DNA of 64,000 bases, from contig JASCQW010000072.1 in the NCBI GenBank assembly GCA_030264375.1, forward strand, positions 81,463,823-81,527,822. Reading direction: 5' to 3'. Each line of letters opens with the position of its first letter. The first letter of the stretch is position 1. Both the position numbers and the translations under genes were made by a program. Origin of the DNA: Carcharhinus longimanus (Eukaryota). The notes beneath the pieces are model-generated. The model saw only the letters and a program-made list of their open reading frames with translations, was not told the DNA's origin and ran no database searches. Shown in pieces: positions 49,216-62,635 of this stretch.

Positions 49216-52200
49216 GCATCTTATAGAATGAAATGAAAATGAATAGCAGTTCCATTTCAAATTAACCAATTATACTGTATAACATGAATATATTAGCAAC
49301 CCAATATCATTGATCAGATCCCCATACCCTTGCTAATCACTGTGTAATTTGAATTCAATCCATTTTTTTTGCTATGAATATTCAATTAGCTGAACTGCTA
49401 CCAGATTTCTTGTGAAGTTGATGTGCAGACATTTGGCAGGTAGTATACAAAAAAGAGGGAAAGATAAAATGACCTGTATTATAACATTTTCGAGTGACTT
49501 TGTGATGTTGCAGAATGGTAACAGCTCTCAGAACTGGCTGAAGCTGGAGAAGCAGATTTTGCGTCAACAACACAAAATAGGGCAGATAGACCTATTGCCA
49601 GATTTCCATCCCTAAATCTGACACTGAAAAAATTTTGCTCCCTCTGTCCCTCCACAAATGCAAGAATCTCTGCTACTGTTACTTGATAGTTATGTCACCT
49701 TCAAATGGTGGCAGAGGGACAGGGTGAGGGAAATAAGTCAATTTCCTTGTCTTCTTGTCACAGGACCACTAATCCCCAGAAAGAACAGATAGAGGTGTAA
49801 AGCTAACTATGTAAACAGTGAAATCCACTAATGGTGCTGGAGTGATGTGTGAAAACCCGATACCATCCTAGACAGAAATCCAGCCCATTGTTTCTTTTGC
49901 AATGAGATGAAATGCACTGAATTAATTGTGACAATTATAGAAGCACGCCAAATATTCTGAACAATTTACTGCATTGTCATGTATCTATCCTCAGTCTTGT
50001 TCTTGGTGACATCCAATATTTTTAGTTGGAAGTTCTATTGTTCCTCCCTCTCCCTAAAGTTATGTCANNNNNNNNNNNNNNNNNNNNNNNNNNNNNNNNN
50101 NNNNNNNNNNNNNNNNNNNNNNNNNNNNNNNNNNNNNNNNNNNNNNNNNNNNNNNNNNNNNNNNNNNTGTGCCTCCCTCTCCCTAAAGATATGTCATTAG
50201 AGAATGAGATGCTTAAGGATCATTAGCCCTGAAGAACAACTTCTGAACAAAAACCAATCAAGGCAATCTAATTTATATTCCTACCATTCTTGTGGTGGCT
50301 TGATGCAATGATAGTGGAGTGATGACTAATCAAAGTAATCAATTTCTATCAATTAGTCCACAAAAAACCTGGAGGAATGGGGGAAGAGAAGACTGTTGTA
50401 GAAAGTTTGGGTAAGCACAGGTTCAAAGGTCCTTTCTCCCAGGTATACTACACGTACCACACGTCATTCCTCAGTGGCATATGTTGTCTCCCAAAATATT
50501 ACTTCCTGAAAGCTATTTGAGCATTGCTGCCTCGGACCCCCAATTTGCTGACAGAAATTGTACAGTCCCCAGCACATAATTTATAAATTATTTGCAGAAA
50601 CAGTGTGACAGTGCAGGAATACAGAAGCGTCAAAGGTAGAAGCAGAATGATTGGTCCCAGCAAATCCACCAAAACATACATTTGTGCTTGAAGAAAAACG
50701 CTAAACAAAATTGTAATAGATAATTTCAATACAACTGCCAAATCTACCAAAAATCCTACTCTGTTGTTGTTTCTTTTAAATCTCATTTCCTGTCATCTGC
50801 AGCTTTTGATTTATCATTCCGCTAATGGATTTTTTTATCAGCTTATCGATGCTCATATTTTGCTGTGTTGTTAAGTAATCACACTGCTTCCCATGGCAAT
50901 GTTTTGCATTAAAGGCTTGTTGTGCAGCAGAAACTATTTTTACTAATTTAATAAAACTAAAATTTTGTGTTTATCAATGCAACTTTAAAGTTGATGAACT
51001 GGAACTGCATTACAAAATGGCTGTAAATTGGATTTGAAAGTGCATGACAGACATCACACTCGTAATGATGCATTACTGATTTTATTTTACACTTGAAAAA
51101 TCAGTAATTCATAAATGGCACATGCGTAAGCAACTTATGGGATTTTTCACATTAGTGTAATGAAGCTTTGAATGTACCTTGATTCTATTTGATATACGTC
51201 CATTAGTTTGTGTGAAAAGAAGGATCTCAGTGTTCAAATGACAGGACAATATCACAGGTCTTGCAGAAGCTAATTGGAAATATTCAGTCTATGACAACAC
51301 CAGTCAGTAACATCCCCAAAACTATGCCCAGCACCAATCAACAACACAGTGTATCATATTCTGGGAAGTGTAATACTGCTCCCTTACAGCCCACTCCAAT
51401 GCCATGACAAAAGTCTTGATCCTGGGATCTCTTGACACAACAAGAAAAGCTACCAGAACTATTCCCTCTGGTACAGCAGCTCACTTGGGATGAGTGTCAC
51501 TCACAAATGTAAAATTCTAAAGGAATGCATCTAGCCACCCGCAGGTTACCCACATTGCATGTGGCAGTACCTCATATGTGTACTAGCATATAAACTAAAA
51601 TTAATTAGATGTTACATTAATTAGATAATAAAAATAGTTGTAGAACTTGCTGGTAATAGTAGAAAAAATAAATATGACTTGATCTCAGTGATGAGAGTTC
51701 ATTTCTGGGTAGGTTTCAATGTTTGGGGGTTCAGTGATGGGGATGGTATTGCAGACTTATTGCCTTATGAACCAGCTTGTGGGATACTTCTGAGAGAAGG
51801 AATGGGATTTTATCAGAAATTCCTGCCTGACGTCAACGGAAATTTCCATTGTTGGACCCTCGCCAATTCCACAACAGGCAAGCTCCAGTTGCGTTAGAGG
51901 GAGGGAGCACAGGCTTGTGAAAAATTACGATTTTAGGACACCAAACTTTATCAAGTTATCAATCGTAAGCTGTAATTGATAGCAGCTGTCCTGTGTCACT
52001 TCCTTTGAATCCATCCTATTCTGGGGCTGCAGGTGCTTTCTCCCCTCAATATAATTCTCAGATTTCTGAAAGAGTAAATTTTCCTTAGTATCTCTGCAAA
52101 TGTTATAAAGCACACCAAGGTTCAGGACTATACTCTACTGGTTTGCAATATTTATCCTAAATGTGATTTCAAAATATCTATAATCTACCCTGCAATACTT

Positions 52201-52479
52201 CTTGTGTTTGCACTGGCCTCCATTGTGTCTGCTGTTCCTATTTGTCCACAGATAGCTTCACTGGAGTTCACCATCAATCAATGGAAGGTGTAATTCCACT
52301 CAGTAATTACATATAATCGATCTATAGCCTTGGTCCATATACAGGAATGGTGATTTTTTAATGGCAATTTCTCAAATAGCTGTGCAGGATCAAATGGTTA
52401 TAATCAACTAATAACTCCATAATAATGGAGTGCAAGTTTTTTCACAAAATACAGTGAGTTTGCTGAGAAGGCATTGAAT

Positions 52480-52850
52480 GGGATATAGGAACATAAATAG
52501 GCACAAAAGGATGGCTCAATGAGCCTACTCTTCCATTCAATGTAATTATGGCTGTTGGGCTACACCAGCTCCATTTTCCCATCCTATTCCCATATCCTTT
52601 GCTTCCCTTCACGTCTAAAATTTCATCAATTTGTCTTGAATAGTACATTCCAAACCCACAACATCTACCATCTAGAAGGACAAAGGAGGCAGATGTATGG
52701 AAACACCACCACCTGCAAGTCCCCCTCCTAACCACACACCATACTGACTTGGAAACACATTCCCTCACTGGTGCTGGGACAAAATAATGGAACTTCCTCC
52801 CGAACAGCATTGTGAGTGTATCTCCACCACCATGGACTGCAGCGATTCCA
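52480..52850. mobile_element. CR1 3' tail (-) abutting a CR1-clade 3' fragment (+)
   Basis: ATAGGAACATAAATAGG...CCATATCCTTTG, then CTACCATCTAGAAGGACAAAGG..CACCACCACCTGCAAGTCCCCCT..CTGACTTGGAAA (family of 11105). Confidence 0.7.
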
Positions 52851-53044
52851 ACTGAAACAGCCTGCAGAGGCAAACAAAGTGCCGAATCCTCGCATTATGT
52901 GGTTATTTTGTGTCTGCTGCAACCATTCTGTCACACGTCATCTTGACAACTGTGACTCCTTGATTTTCCTCTGCTTGTAGAAGATAACAAAAGGATGAAC
53001 ACATAGGAGCAGACTCCCTAAACATTTGATCTTGAATCTTGTAT

Positions 53045-53427
53045 TCTTTTATTCATTCATGAGAGACATAAGCATCACTGGTTGGCCAGCATTTATTGAC
53101 CATCCATAGGCGCCCTTTAACTGAGTGACCATTTCAGCGTACAGCTGGAAGTCAACTATATTGCTGTGTGTCTGGAGATACATGTAGGCCAGACCAGGTG
53201 AGGATGGCAGATTTCCTTTCCTACAGAATATTATTGAACCAGATGGGTTTTTCTGACAATTGACAATAGTTTTATGATCATCAGCAGATGCTTAATTCCA
53301 GATCATTTTTATTGAGTTCTAATTCCATCATTTGTTTTGGCAGGATTCAAATCCTGGTTCTCAGAACATTAGCTGAGTTTCTGGATAAAGAGTTTAGTGG
53401 TAATACCACTAGGCCATCACCTCCCCC
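53045..53427 (-). mobile_element. Full-length tRNA-derived SINE (second family)
   Basis: Minus strand GGGGAGGTGATGGCCTAGTGGTATTA...GGATTTGAATCC head, and a tail AATAAATGCTGGCC shared with the CR1-clade family at 32020. Confidence 0.85.
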
Positions 53428-53597
53428 AAAAAGGTGATGAGAGGCTAGTCCAAGAAATAATTGAAAGGGGAGACATGGATGGTGCTGGAGGTGGTTTAGG
53501 GAAGTATCAAGTTGAGGGTGCTGGTCTGCTATGACTCCTACATCTCAGAAACATCTGCAGCAAAAATAATACTAACGTCTTTTAACATATCAATTCT

Positions 53598-54275
53598 TGT
53601 GACAAACATTATAGCACATGAATAGAGAAATGGTGAAAAAAAATGTTTTGTCTGAAGTACAAAACATGTGGCAAGTTATTTTCCCCACTGTCAGTTCATA
53701 CATTTATAACAAACAGACTTGGAAACTGAAGGAACAATGTTGAAATTTATTTCACACCAAATTGATGTTTGTTGCTGACACTAACTTGGGATGGGGACAT
53801 CAGGCAATCAATTTGATTGCTGATCAAATACACACTGAGGTTTGTATGGAATTTTGTAAATAATAAAGACTGGACAAGGACACACACCACCTCACAACTT
53901 GGCGAGGGTGGGTTTGATAATCCAATTGGATGACTCAATGTAACAAATTACCTTATATGTTGAGGGACCAGGGTCAAAAAGGGGTATAAAGCCCCAGCAC
54001 TCAAGGAAAGTGGGGCTGCAACCAGAAAGTGTGATTTTGTCAATCACTGGAATTTGTGTGGAAGAATTAGTTCAGCAGATTGACCACACAGGGCCCAGCT
54101 CCTGCATGCAGGTCTTCCAACATTAATGGTATTGTAAGTGAATATTATTGCTTAGTGAACATCTGTTTCATTTGGGTGGGTAGATGACTCTGTGTTAAGT
54201 GTGTGCAAATCTCAGGAACATCTAAAATCATAATATACATACAAATTAAGCCCCTGCCTGTTCCTTGACATTACA
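53598..54275 (+). mobile_element. Possible solo LTR
   Basis: Starts TGTGACA, has GGGTATAAAG at about 53982 and ends TTACA. No TSD found. Confidence 0.3.
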
Positions 54276-57200
54276 AATCAGAAATTTTACCCTCACATGC
54301 CTTAATTTTCTCCACCAGCCTCTTGTATAACATGATGTCAAACACCTTGTACATATAATTGGTTACATTCCTTTATTTATGCATTTTGCACCAATCCGTA
54401 ACTAAATCAGTCATGCACAAAATATAATTTACAAATTCATATTGATCATCTCTGATTAATTCATGCCTCACCAAGTATTAAGAAAGTAGTAGTTTCTCTG
54501 CAACCAACATAAGACAAATTCCTGGCGTATTCCAAATTGGAGTGTCGCATTATCCTCTGATAAAATTCACACTTCCAAACGTACAGTTAATGACTTCCTG
54601 TGTTTTGAGACAAAGACTGGCTAGGATTAGCACCCATGTTTAATCCAATTAACATTTAAAAAAATGTAAGTTTAAATACTGATCTCCAGTAATGATTCTT
54701 ACATTTGCTCCTTAGGCTCCTAAACATTCCTACTCCTATATTCTGTTGTAAAAACAGAAATTATTTTTATTGAAAGGAAATATAATGTTGGAATAGTGAA
54801 TCCAGGAGAGCAGAACAATTGACTGTTATACAAATGCATCTTTTAATACTTTAAAGTGTTGCATGTTCACAGTTTGATATGCATCTTAGTTATATTAGGG
54901 CAATGCAGAGCTAACTTTAGTTCTAAATCCAAATTGTTCATTTACAGAATTTTAAAACATCCCAGAACTTACAGGATTTTCAACACACACATACACGGTC
55001 TTTACCAAGAACCCCAGATCCTTTTTGGAACATTTCCTGTATGGTGTCAGTACGTAACTCTCTCTAACTCCACCTATAAGCTGAAGCAATCAAAGAAGTG
55101 TACAAGGACTTAATGCTGGACTTAATTTTCCCAGATCTGTGGTCTTGGGATGGCAGAGGGTGATTGTGCCAGGGAAATAGGGATGAATTCCATCTGGATG
55201 GTTCCCTGATGCTACAGATCATGGAGATTCCCAGGGTCTGTTTAGGAAGCGGATTGCCTGCCCACTATATGAATGCAAGCAATTTAAACAGTTAAAATCC
55301 CCATTGGGGGCAATTTTCAGCATCACGGACACCCCATTATGTAGGACACCTTGAACAATGGATGTTGTCTTCCTGGGGCAGTTTGTGGGAAAAGCACTGA
55401 ACACAGTTGTTCCTTCCTCTAAAGAAGGAGCCACAAATGGGAAAGGCAGACACTCTGGCCCTAACTGAGGGGTGTGTCATCTCACCCCATCCCTCAATAT
55501 TTGTGATTGGACCAGCAGCATTGGGTTGATAGGATAGTGAGAGCAATGGTGATAATTAGGACATGGGAAAACACATTTGCTGGTTTGGTTTCTGGCAAAT
55601 GCAGACTTGGGACCTTTATTTTATTTTGATGGTCCTGAGGCTTCCTGGACAAGGCTGGCCATTTGAACCTTAAATGGTAAAGCATTGAAGGTGGTAAGTG
55701 TTTTGAACTACTGTGTCAGTGCTTAAGAGACAATTGTTGTGGCCACATAACCAGTGAGTAAATAAACAAAATACTATTTTGGTTCTGGAAAATTTGCTCT
55801 ACTTGCATTGTATTATTTCTGGTGTACCTGATCTTATTTAAAAAAAAATTACCTACTCTTCACTGCCCTGCTGCTGCACCCCAACACCCAAATCCTTTGT
55901 TTTACTTTGCTGTTTCCTTTCCTCCTGTTTCTTTCTTCTGTCTTTTATTCTTCCATCATCTGATTTCCTGCTAGTTCTCAAGTTTCTTACCATCTCACAT
56001 GCCCCATATCCTGGCAATAATTTATTTCAGTGGGTTTCCATTCCAGATGTACCTGCCTACTTTCCCTTTCCTCACTCTCTCCTGGGGCATCATCCAGTAC
56101 AAACTTATGTTCAAATGTAATTTATGTTCAACTGTAAAAGTGCAATGAAACAACTTAAGAGCCTGTCATATTTAATATTTCACATTATTTGTTGACCATT
56201 CTACTATGGATATGGAAGCTCGATGTAATTTATTTTAAAATGCATTTTAAAATTTGCTTTTTTGGGTTTAGGTTTGCAGGGTTGTTGCATGCTAGAGATG
56301 TAGTTCGGAAGTCTGGTGAAACGTCTGTCCAGATGATTTCAGTAAACAGGTTTGTTAAAATGAATTTCAGCAAAAACAGAAAAACTTGAGAGATTGTACT
56401 CTCATTTTTCTGGGCTATGTAGGAGAAAATTTCAAGGGACCCATATCCAAGTCTTAGGAATTGTTTGCAGCTCTCTTGGCTACCTAACAGGCAGGTGAGG
56501 AGTCAAGGGTCAAACTGTCAAAATTATTACCTCGCAAGTTCACAAAATGGACAAACAAATACACTTTGAAGGTAATTTGACAATTGCTGCTATGAGAAGC
56601 AGACAGGAACTATGGTGGAAATGAATAGAGCTTGTAGACTTTAGCATGGAACTTTCCAGAAAGAAAACAAAAGATGAGTATTTAGCTGTAGTATGTTTTG
56701 CATGTTACAGGAAACATTGTAGAGTAACTTAACCAAGGTTTGAAATGACTTGGTCGGTCATTTGCATACTTGGAAACAAACCAATTTTCTTAATTTTGAA
56801 TTGACCTTTTGACTGAGTTTTTAAATTTCAAAAGACTGTAGTGTTGGAGGGCGCATATACAGGTCATCATCTCCTGTTCACATTACAAGAAGGTCACTTC
56901 AAATCATGCTACTGTTCGCCTACATATTGGTCAGCAGAAGTAAACTCCTGAGTGTGAGTTACATGAAGGTTTCAGGGTCCACTTAAAGGACAGCTGGTGA
57001 CCTTTAATCTGTGTTACCTTGGCCAGACCAGAAGTTCATAAGTGTCTTAGAAGGGGGAATCCTACTGTGAGCTGGAATTGGGATAAGAGTTGGGCCAGAT
57101 GACCAGAAATAAAGGTTAAAATTTTGAGAAGAAAGAGAACATTCTGGAAATACTCAGCCATTCTGGGTTCAGTGGTAGCTTCAGAGAAGAACAATGATTT

Positions 57201-58244
57201 CCCATTCTTCTTGTATACAGGGAGGGTGGGGGGAGAGGGATGAAAACTGAAGGGAAATTAAATCGATTTGGACATTACAACCAGTGACTGGCACCTCTCA
57301 GTCTTTTGTTTCATGGCCCCTGCCAGGTGAAATGGAACAAACCTTTCTCCAAATAATATGACGTGACAGGACCGTGATGCCTTTAAAGGATCTGAGTTGA
57401 TTTAGTAGCAAAACCGAAATTATTTGTTCAAACTTACAAAACCAACTAACATTTCTAGGTGAAATAATTCTAAACATCACCAGGGTTAAGCATGACTAAA
57501 ATCTGATGATAACCAACATGACAGCAGTGAAAGTCAATTGAATTAAATAGGACACCCTCAGAGTCAGTCCCCTCCGGCAGAGACCTGATGTGACTAATTT
57601 CATGGATATTTTCTTGAGCCTAATTTCTTGAGCCTCATCATTTCTGGACTGCTGCTAGAAGCTCACTAAAAATATCTACACCTTTCACTCTTTAATAAAA
57701 TCCCAAATGAAGGCACCATTCAATGCTCAACAATTCAGACTTAGTGTTTCGCATTTCCTATTCTTTTAATATAAAAAATTACATGCAATTTTTCAATCAA
57801 CGAACGATGCCATAAAAGTGATTTTGTCTTTGAATTTTTTTTTGGGCAGGGCGGGGGATGGAAGAATTGGGGTTTGGTGATACTGCAAAAGGATGTTTTG
57901 ACTCCTATTTTATTTCTGGTCAGTGCTGGTTCAAGAACTCATCCCACTTTGACAGGCCATTTGTTCAGTCTTTGCACTTTTGTATAGATGAACCTTCTAT
58001 TGACATTTGGGAAACTCTGTGGCCAGAGAATTAAACTAATTGAATTGGCAAAGCTCTGCGCTATTAGTCCTTACTGAAAGAGGAAGTTATCAAGATAATG
58101 GATAGACTAAAATATTATAAAGGGACGGTATTAGAGAGGCTGGCTGTGCTTAAGTTTGTAAGTTTCCAGGACCAGATGGGATTTATCTGAAAATGGAAGT
58201 AAGGGTAAAAATTGCTATTGGGAGTGCAGCCACTTCCACCTTTG

Positions 58245-58960
58245 CTCACACTTGCACCTTTGAGTCAGAATGTTGGGGGTTCAAGTCCCACTGCAGACTT
58301 GAGCACAAAAATCTAAGCTGAAATCTAATATAATGCTGACAGAACACTGCACTGTTGGAGGCAGCCTCCGAAAAGCTCTGACCTCATTCATGGTTGGGAT
58401 TCTCCAGTGCTGCTATAAGTGAATGGAGTTTTGGCTGGAATGCCAAATTCTCCGTTCTCACTTACAATGGAGCGGGCGCGGACAACAATGGAGAATCCCA
58501 CCTGTCTTCTCTCAGATGAGGCCTTGTTCTTGTGGGTGGATGTAAATAGCACTAGAAGCTCTAAGTAGTTATGGCACTACTTTGAAGAGTAACGGTGTTC
58601 TCTTCTCTCCCCACTTCCTTCTCCCCCCAAATATCTGAGCCAATATTTAACCCTCAATCAACAACACAAGTGCGTATTATTTGGTCATTATCACACTGCT
58701 GTTTGTGAGTTTGTTGAGCACAAATGTATGTTTCCTACATGCTACTGCTCTTNNNNNNNNNNNNNNNNNNNNNNNNNNNNNNNNNNNNNNNNNNNNNNNN
58801 NNNNNNNNNNNNNNNNNNNNNNNNNNNNNNNNNNNNNNNNNNNNNNNNNNNNATGTTTCCTACATGCTACTGCTCTTTAAAAGAAATTAATTGGGTCTAA
58901 AAGTACTTTCAGATCTTCTGAGGTAATGACTGGTAATAAACAAATGCAATTTTTTTTCTT
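58245..58960 (+). mobile_element. DeuSINE/SacSINE-type SINE with nested MITE
   Basis: TGAGTCAGAATGTTGGGGGTTCAAGTCCCACT..ACTTGAGCACAAAAATCT..TGCACTGTTGGAGG..ATGGCACTACTTTGAAGA..GCCAATATTTAACCCTCAATCAAC. Confidence 0.85.
58392..58502. mobile_element. About 110-bp Harbinger-type MITE
   Basis: Perfect inverted repeat TGGGATTCTCCA / TGGAGAATCCCA. Its reverse complement aligns to 63841-63945. Confidence 0.8.
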
Positions 58961-59319
58961 TTTGAACAATGCTCTACAACAGTGAAGGGAAACCTACAGC
59001 CAGGGCCAAACACAACCCATCAGGATTCTGAGTGTAACGTGACACATTTTGTTGATCATTGCCCAATGCAGGTTGCTAGATTCCACCCGTGTATTTTTTT
59101 TTTCCATACGGTATGACTAAAGTAATACGCATATAAAGCAAGGGCGCATGAAGTGAGATGCTTGTTGATCGCACACAGCACTGACTGTGAGAGATGTGCT
59201 CTGTGTCCAATCAAAACATATTTCTTTTGTTTTTACCATTTGAATTTGGTAATATATGAATATTTACAAAAGGGGTTTACAAAATATTTACAAAAGGGAT
59301 TTATGAAATATTTATGAAA

Positions 59320-60238
59320 TGGGATTTATGAAAGGGAAATTATGCTTGACAAATCTACTGGGATTCTTTGGGGCTACAACTAGTAGAATTGACTAGGGAG
59401 AACCAATGGATGTTGTTTATTTAAACTTTCAGAAGGCTTCAACAAGGTCTCACATACCAGATTACAATGTAAAGTTAAAGTGCACGAGATTGTGGGTAGT
59501 GTCTTGAGATGGATAGAAAGCTAGTTAGCAAACATGAACCAAAAAGAGTAGGATTAAAAGGGTCTTTTTCTGATGGGGTACCACAGGGATCTGTGCTAGG
59601 AAACCAACTGTTTACATTATGTATTAATGATTTGGATGAGGCAACTAAATGTATTATCTCCACATTTGCAGGCGATACAAAGCTGGATGGGAGGGTGAAC
59701 TGTGAGGATGATGCAGGGATGGTTCAGCATGGTTTGGACAGGCTGAGTGTGTGGGCACTTGCATGGCAGATGCAGTGTGAAGTGTGTGGATAAGTGTGAA
59801 GTTTTTCACTTTGGCAGTTGTAATAATAGACAGACAGATTATTACTTGAATGGGCATAAATTATGAATGTGGGTGCTCAGTGAGAACCTGGAGTCCTCTT
59901 GCATCAGTTGCTGTAAGTAAGCATGCAGATCAAGCAGGCAGTAAAGAAGGCAAACGCTATGTTGGCCTTCATAGTGAGGGGATTTGAGTATAGGAATTGG
60001 GATGTTCTATTGCAATTGGACAGGGTGTTGGTAAGGCCACAACTCAAGAATTGTATGCAGCTTTGGTGTCCAAGGATGCCCTTGCCATAGAAAGAGTGCA
60101 GCAAAGGTTTACCAGACTGATTCCTGGGATGGCAGTTGTGTCATATGAGGAGAGTCGAAGTCAGTTAGGATTATATTCACTGGAGTTTAAAAAGTGAGAG
60201 TGGATCTCAGGAATTTATAAAACTCAAACAGGATTAGA
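59320..60238 (+). mobile_element. CR1 LINE RT region
   Basis: GFMKGKLCLTNLLGFF...GEPMDVVYLNFQKA...GVPQGSVLG..LFTLCINDLD...ISTFAGDTKL (FADDTKL-like). Confidence 0.92.
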
Positions 60239-60600
60239 TAGAATAGAATAGAATAGAGTAGAGTAATCTAAACCAGGAATTGAACCTGGGTCCCTGGTGA
60301 AGTGAGGCAGCAGTGCTAACTACTGTGCCTCCTGTGCTGCCCAATGTGATGACACTCAGCCACTCACGGTTCACTCACTAGCCTAGGTTGCCTATCATTA
60401 GTCATAGAGAGTCACAGAGATGTACAGCATGGAAACAGAGCCTTCAGCCCAAGCTCTTTATCCATNNNNNNNNNNGTTTCCAAAACTGAACTAATCCTAT
60501 TTGCTTGCATTTGGCCCGTATCTCTAAACCTTTCCCGTCCATGTACCTATCTAAATATGTTTTAAATGTTGTAATTGCACCTGCCTCTATCTACATCCTC
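60236..60600 (-). repeat. (ATAGA)n microsatellite, V-SINE head fragment and CR1 tail
   Basis: ATAGAATAGAATAG; GGAATTGAACCTGGGTCCCTGG..GCAGCAGTGCTAAC; AGTCATAGAGAGTCACAGAGATGTACAGCATGGAAACAG. Confidence 0.7.
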
Positions 60601-61719
60601 CTCTACAATCTCTGCCCTGTGACGTGTACAGATTTATTATAACTGGCAACCTCAGGAATCAGAGACAAGTAGTTCTGCTATAAAAACAGAGAATATCATA
60701 AAGGCAAAATTCTGCGGGTGTTGAAAATCTGAAATGTGCATAAGTACTGGAAATATTCAGCAGGTCTGGCAGCATCCGTGGAAAAAAAATAGTCAATATT
60801 TCAATTTGTAGAGTATCAACTCCACTTGAAGGTTAAAGTCAAGACTTTGCAGTCACTTCCTGAAAAAATTGAATGGTGGCCTTATCACAAAGAAGCTGAC
60901 TGTATTTCAATATCTTAATTGCAAAAATAAAATCAAACTTGAAAAATAAAAACGATGATGAATGGAAGTCTGAACTAGAACCGAATGTTGGAAATGCATC
61001 AGAAACAGTAGGGTAGGTTTACTGGTATTGTTAAAAGGAGAGACTCTTTGCAGCAATGATCAAAGCAGACACTGGAAAACTATGGAGAATGCTGGAAAAA
61101 CTCAACCTCTGTAGTGAGTGAAGTCTTTCCAGCGTTCCCTGTTCTTGTTTCAGATTCCAGCATCTGTAGTATTTTGCTTTTATTGTTATGGGGAAACAAC
61201 TGTTGGATGTCAGGAAGGCAAGCATATTAACTGCTTTGAGAAGAGTCACATCTTTAGCTTTGATTTCCTAACCAACTTGCACTCCTTTGTTTCATGAGTG
61301 GTCTTTGAATCTGCTGCTGCATGACACTTACAAAGTGCATTTCTTTGATAAAACAAGCACATATTGATTACAAGCCAGAAAGTCCTGATGACAACACCTG
61401 CTTAACACTTTAAAAATGTCATCACTTTGATATATGTTCAGTTAGATTACCCTTTTCAGCAGGGATAGAAATATTGACTCTACTGAGGCTTATAAAGAGT
61501 AGAAAAGCATAATTCAAATCACAAGAAACATCACAGATTTCAGGAACAGACCCCGCTGTACTGAAACAAAAATCAGTGAGGGTACTTTTAGAAATAAATA
61601 ATGGACTTTAGTGACCCAATCTATAACAATGTCAGCATCAAAAACACAAATTTCGGAGGGACATTTGTTAAAGGTTTATCAGGCATTAATAAACAGTAAA
61701 ATCATTACTCAGGACGTTC

Positions 61720-61970
61720 CATATTTTCAATGAGACATTAAACCTAGGCATTGTATGCTCTCTCTCGTGTGTGTAGACAATCCCACTGTACTATTCATAG
61801 AATAGAAGAGATTTCCTTGGTATCCTGGTGAATATTCAACCAAAATCAAAAGAACAGCTTATCTAGTTATTATCTCACTGTTGAGAGATTTTGTTGTGTG
61901 CATGTTTCTGCCATTTGTTTCGCTACAGTATGGGAGAGACTGCATTTCAAAAGTACTTCATGGGTAACAA
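61720..61970 (+). mobile_element. Old DeuSINE/SacSINE-type fragment
   Basis: ATGAGACATTAAACCTAGGC...ATCCCACTGTACTATT...TGGTATCCTGG..AATATT...ACTGCATTTCAAAAGTACTTCAT. Confidence 0.6.
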
Positions 61971-62635
61971 CATATTTGGCCCTTGGTTGCCAGTGCTCAA
62001 AATGTAAAATTCTAATCCTTGCGTTGAAATCATTCCTTGGTCTCCTGGTCTTTTTCAGTCCTTAATTTGCTCTTACTCATCCCACTCACAAATTGCTGTC
62101 CATTTAATTGAGCTGCCTTGTTTCCACTACTTGGAATACTCTCCTTAATCTCGTCCATGGTTCATTCACCGCTGAAATACTATTGGATTTTTTTCTGCAT
62201 TAAGTGTGCTACAAATAAGATTTTTGTCGTTTGTGCCTTGACTGACATGGAACCACTGAAGGTCAACAGGAAAGCAGTGTTTGAATTCCTGGTTCAAACA
62301 ATAGTGTGATTAATTGCATACAATCTATTTTAACAGTTCTCTAAATCACAAACAAACTCAATGCAAGAGATAGCGTATGCTGGTAAACGTCATTCACTTT
62401 GTTATAATGAGCATAGTTTCTGCTAATGATGCCTCAGCGAATAAATGCACTAACCATTGTAGGACTTATCCGTACAAATGAAGGAGATCTCAGATACATA
62501 GCAGAGGGAGTGCAACAGTTAGGCTCAACAAAGACGGAGGAGGGGGAAAGGGAGGAACAGAAAAATCAGCCAACATTTTTGTTGATCACAATCCGCCAAT
62601 CTCTTCGATCAACTCTGTATGTTGCATGTAGCAAT

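Noticed and set aside
50043-50197. CCTCCCTCTCCCTAAAG.TATGTCA repeated across a 100-N gap
   Set aside because: Likely assembly overlap or a collapsed short tandem repeat. The interior is unknown.
52442-52873. 143-aa minus-strand ORF
   Set aside because: Read-through across two adjacent LINE fragments.
58727-58878. Direct repeat ATGTTTCCTACATGCTACTGCTCTT on both sides of a 100-N gap
   Set aside because: Typical contig-overlap artefact at a scaffold gap. It cannot be called a TSD or tandem repeat without reads.
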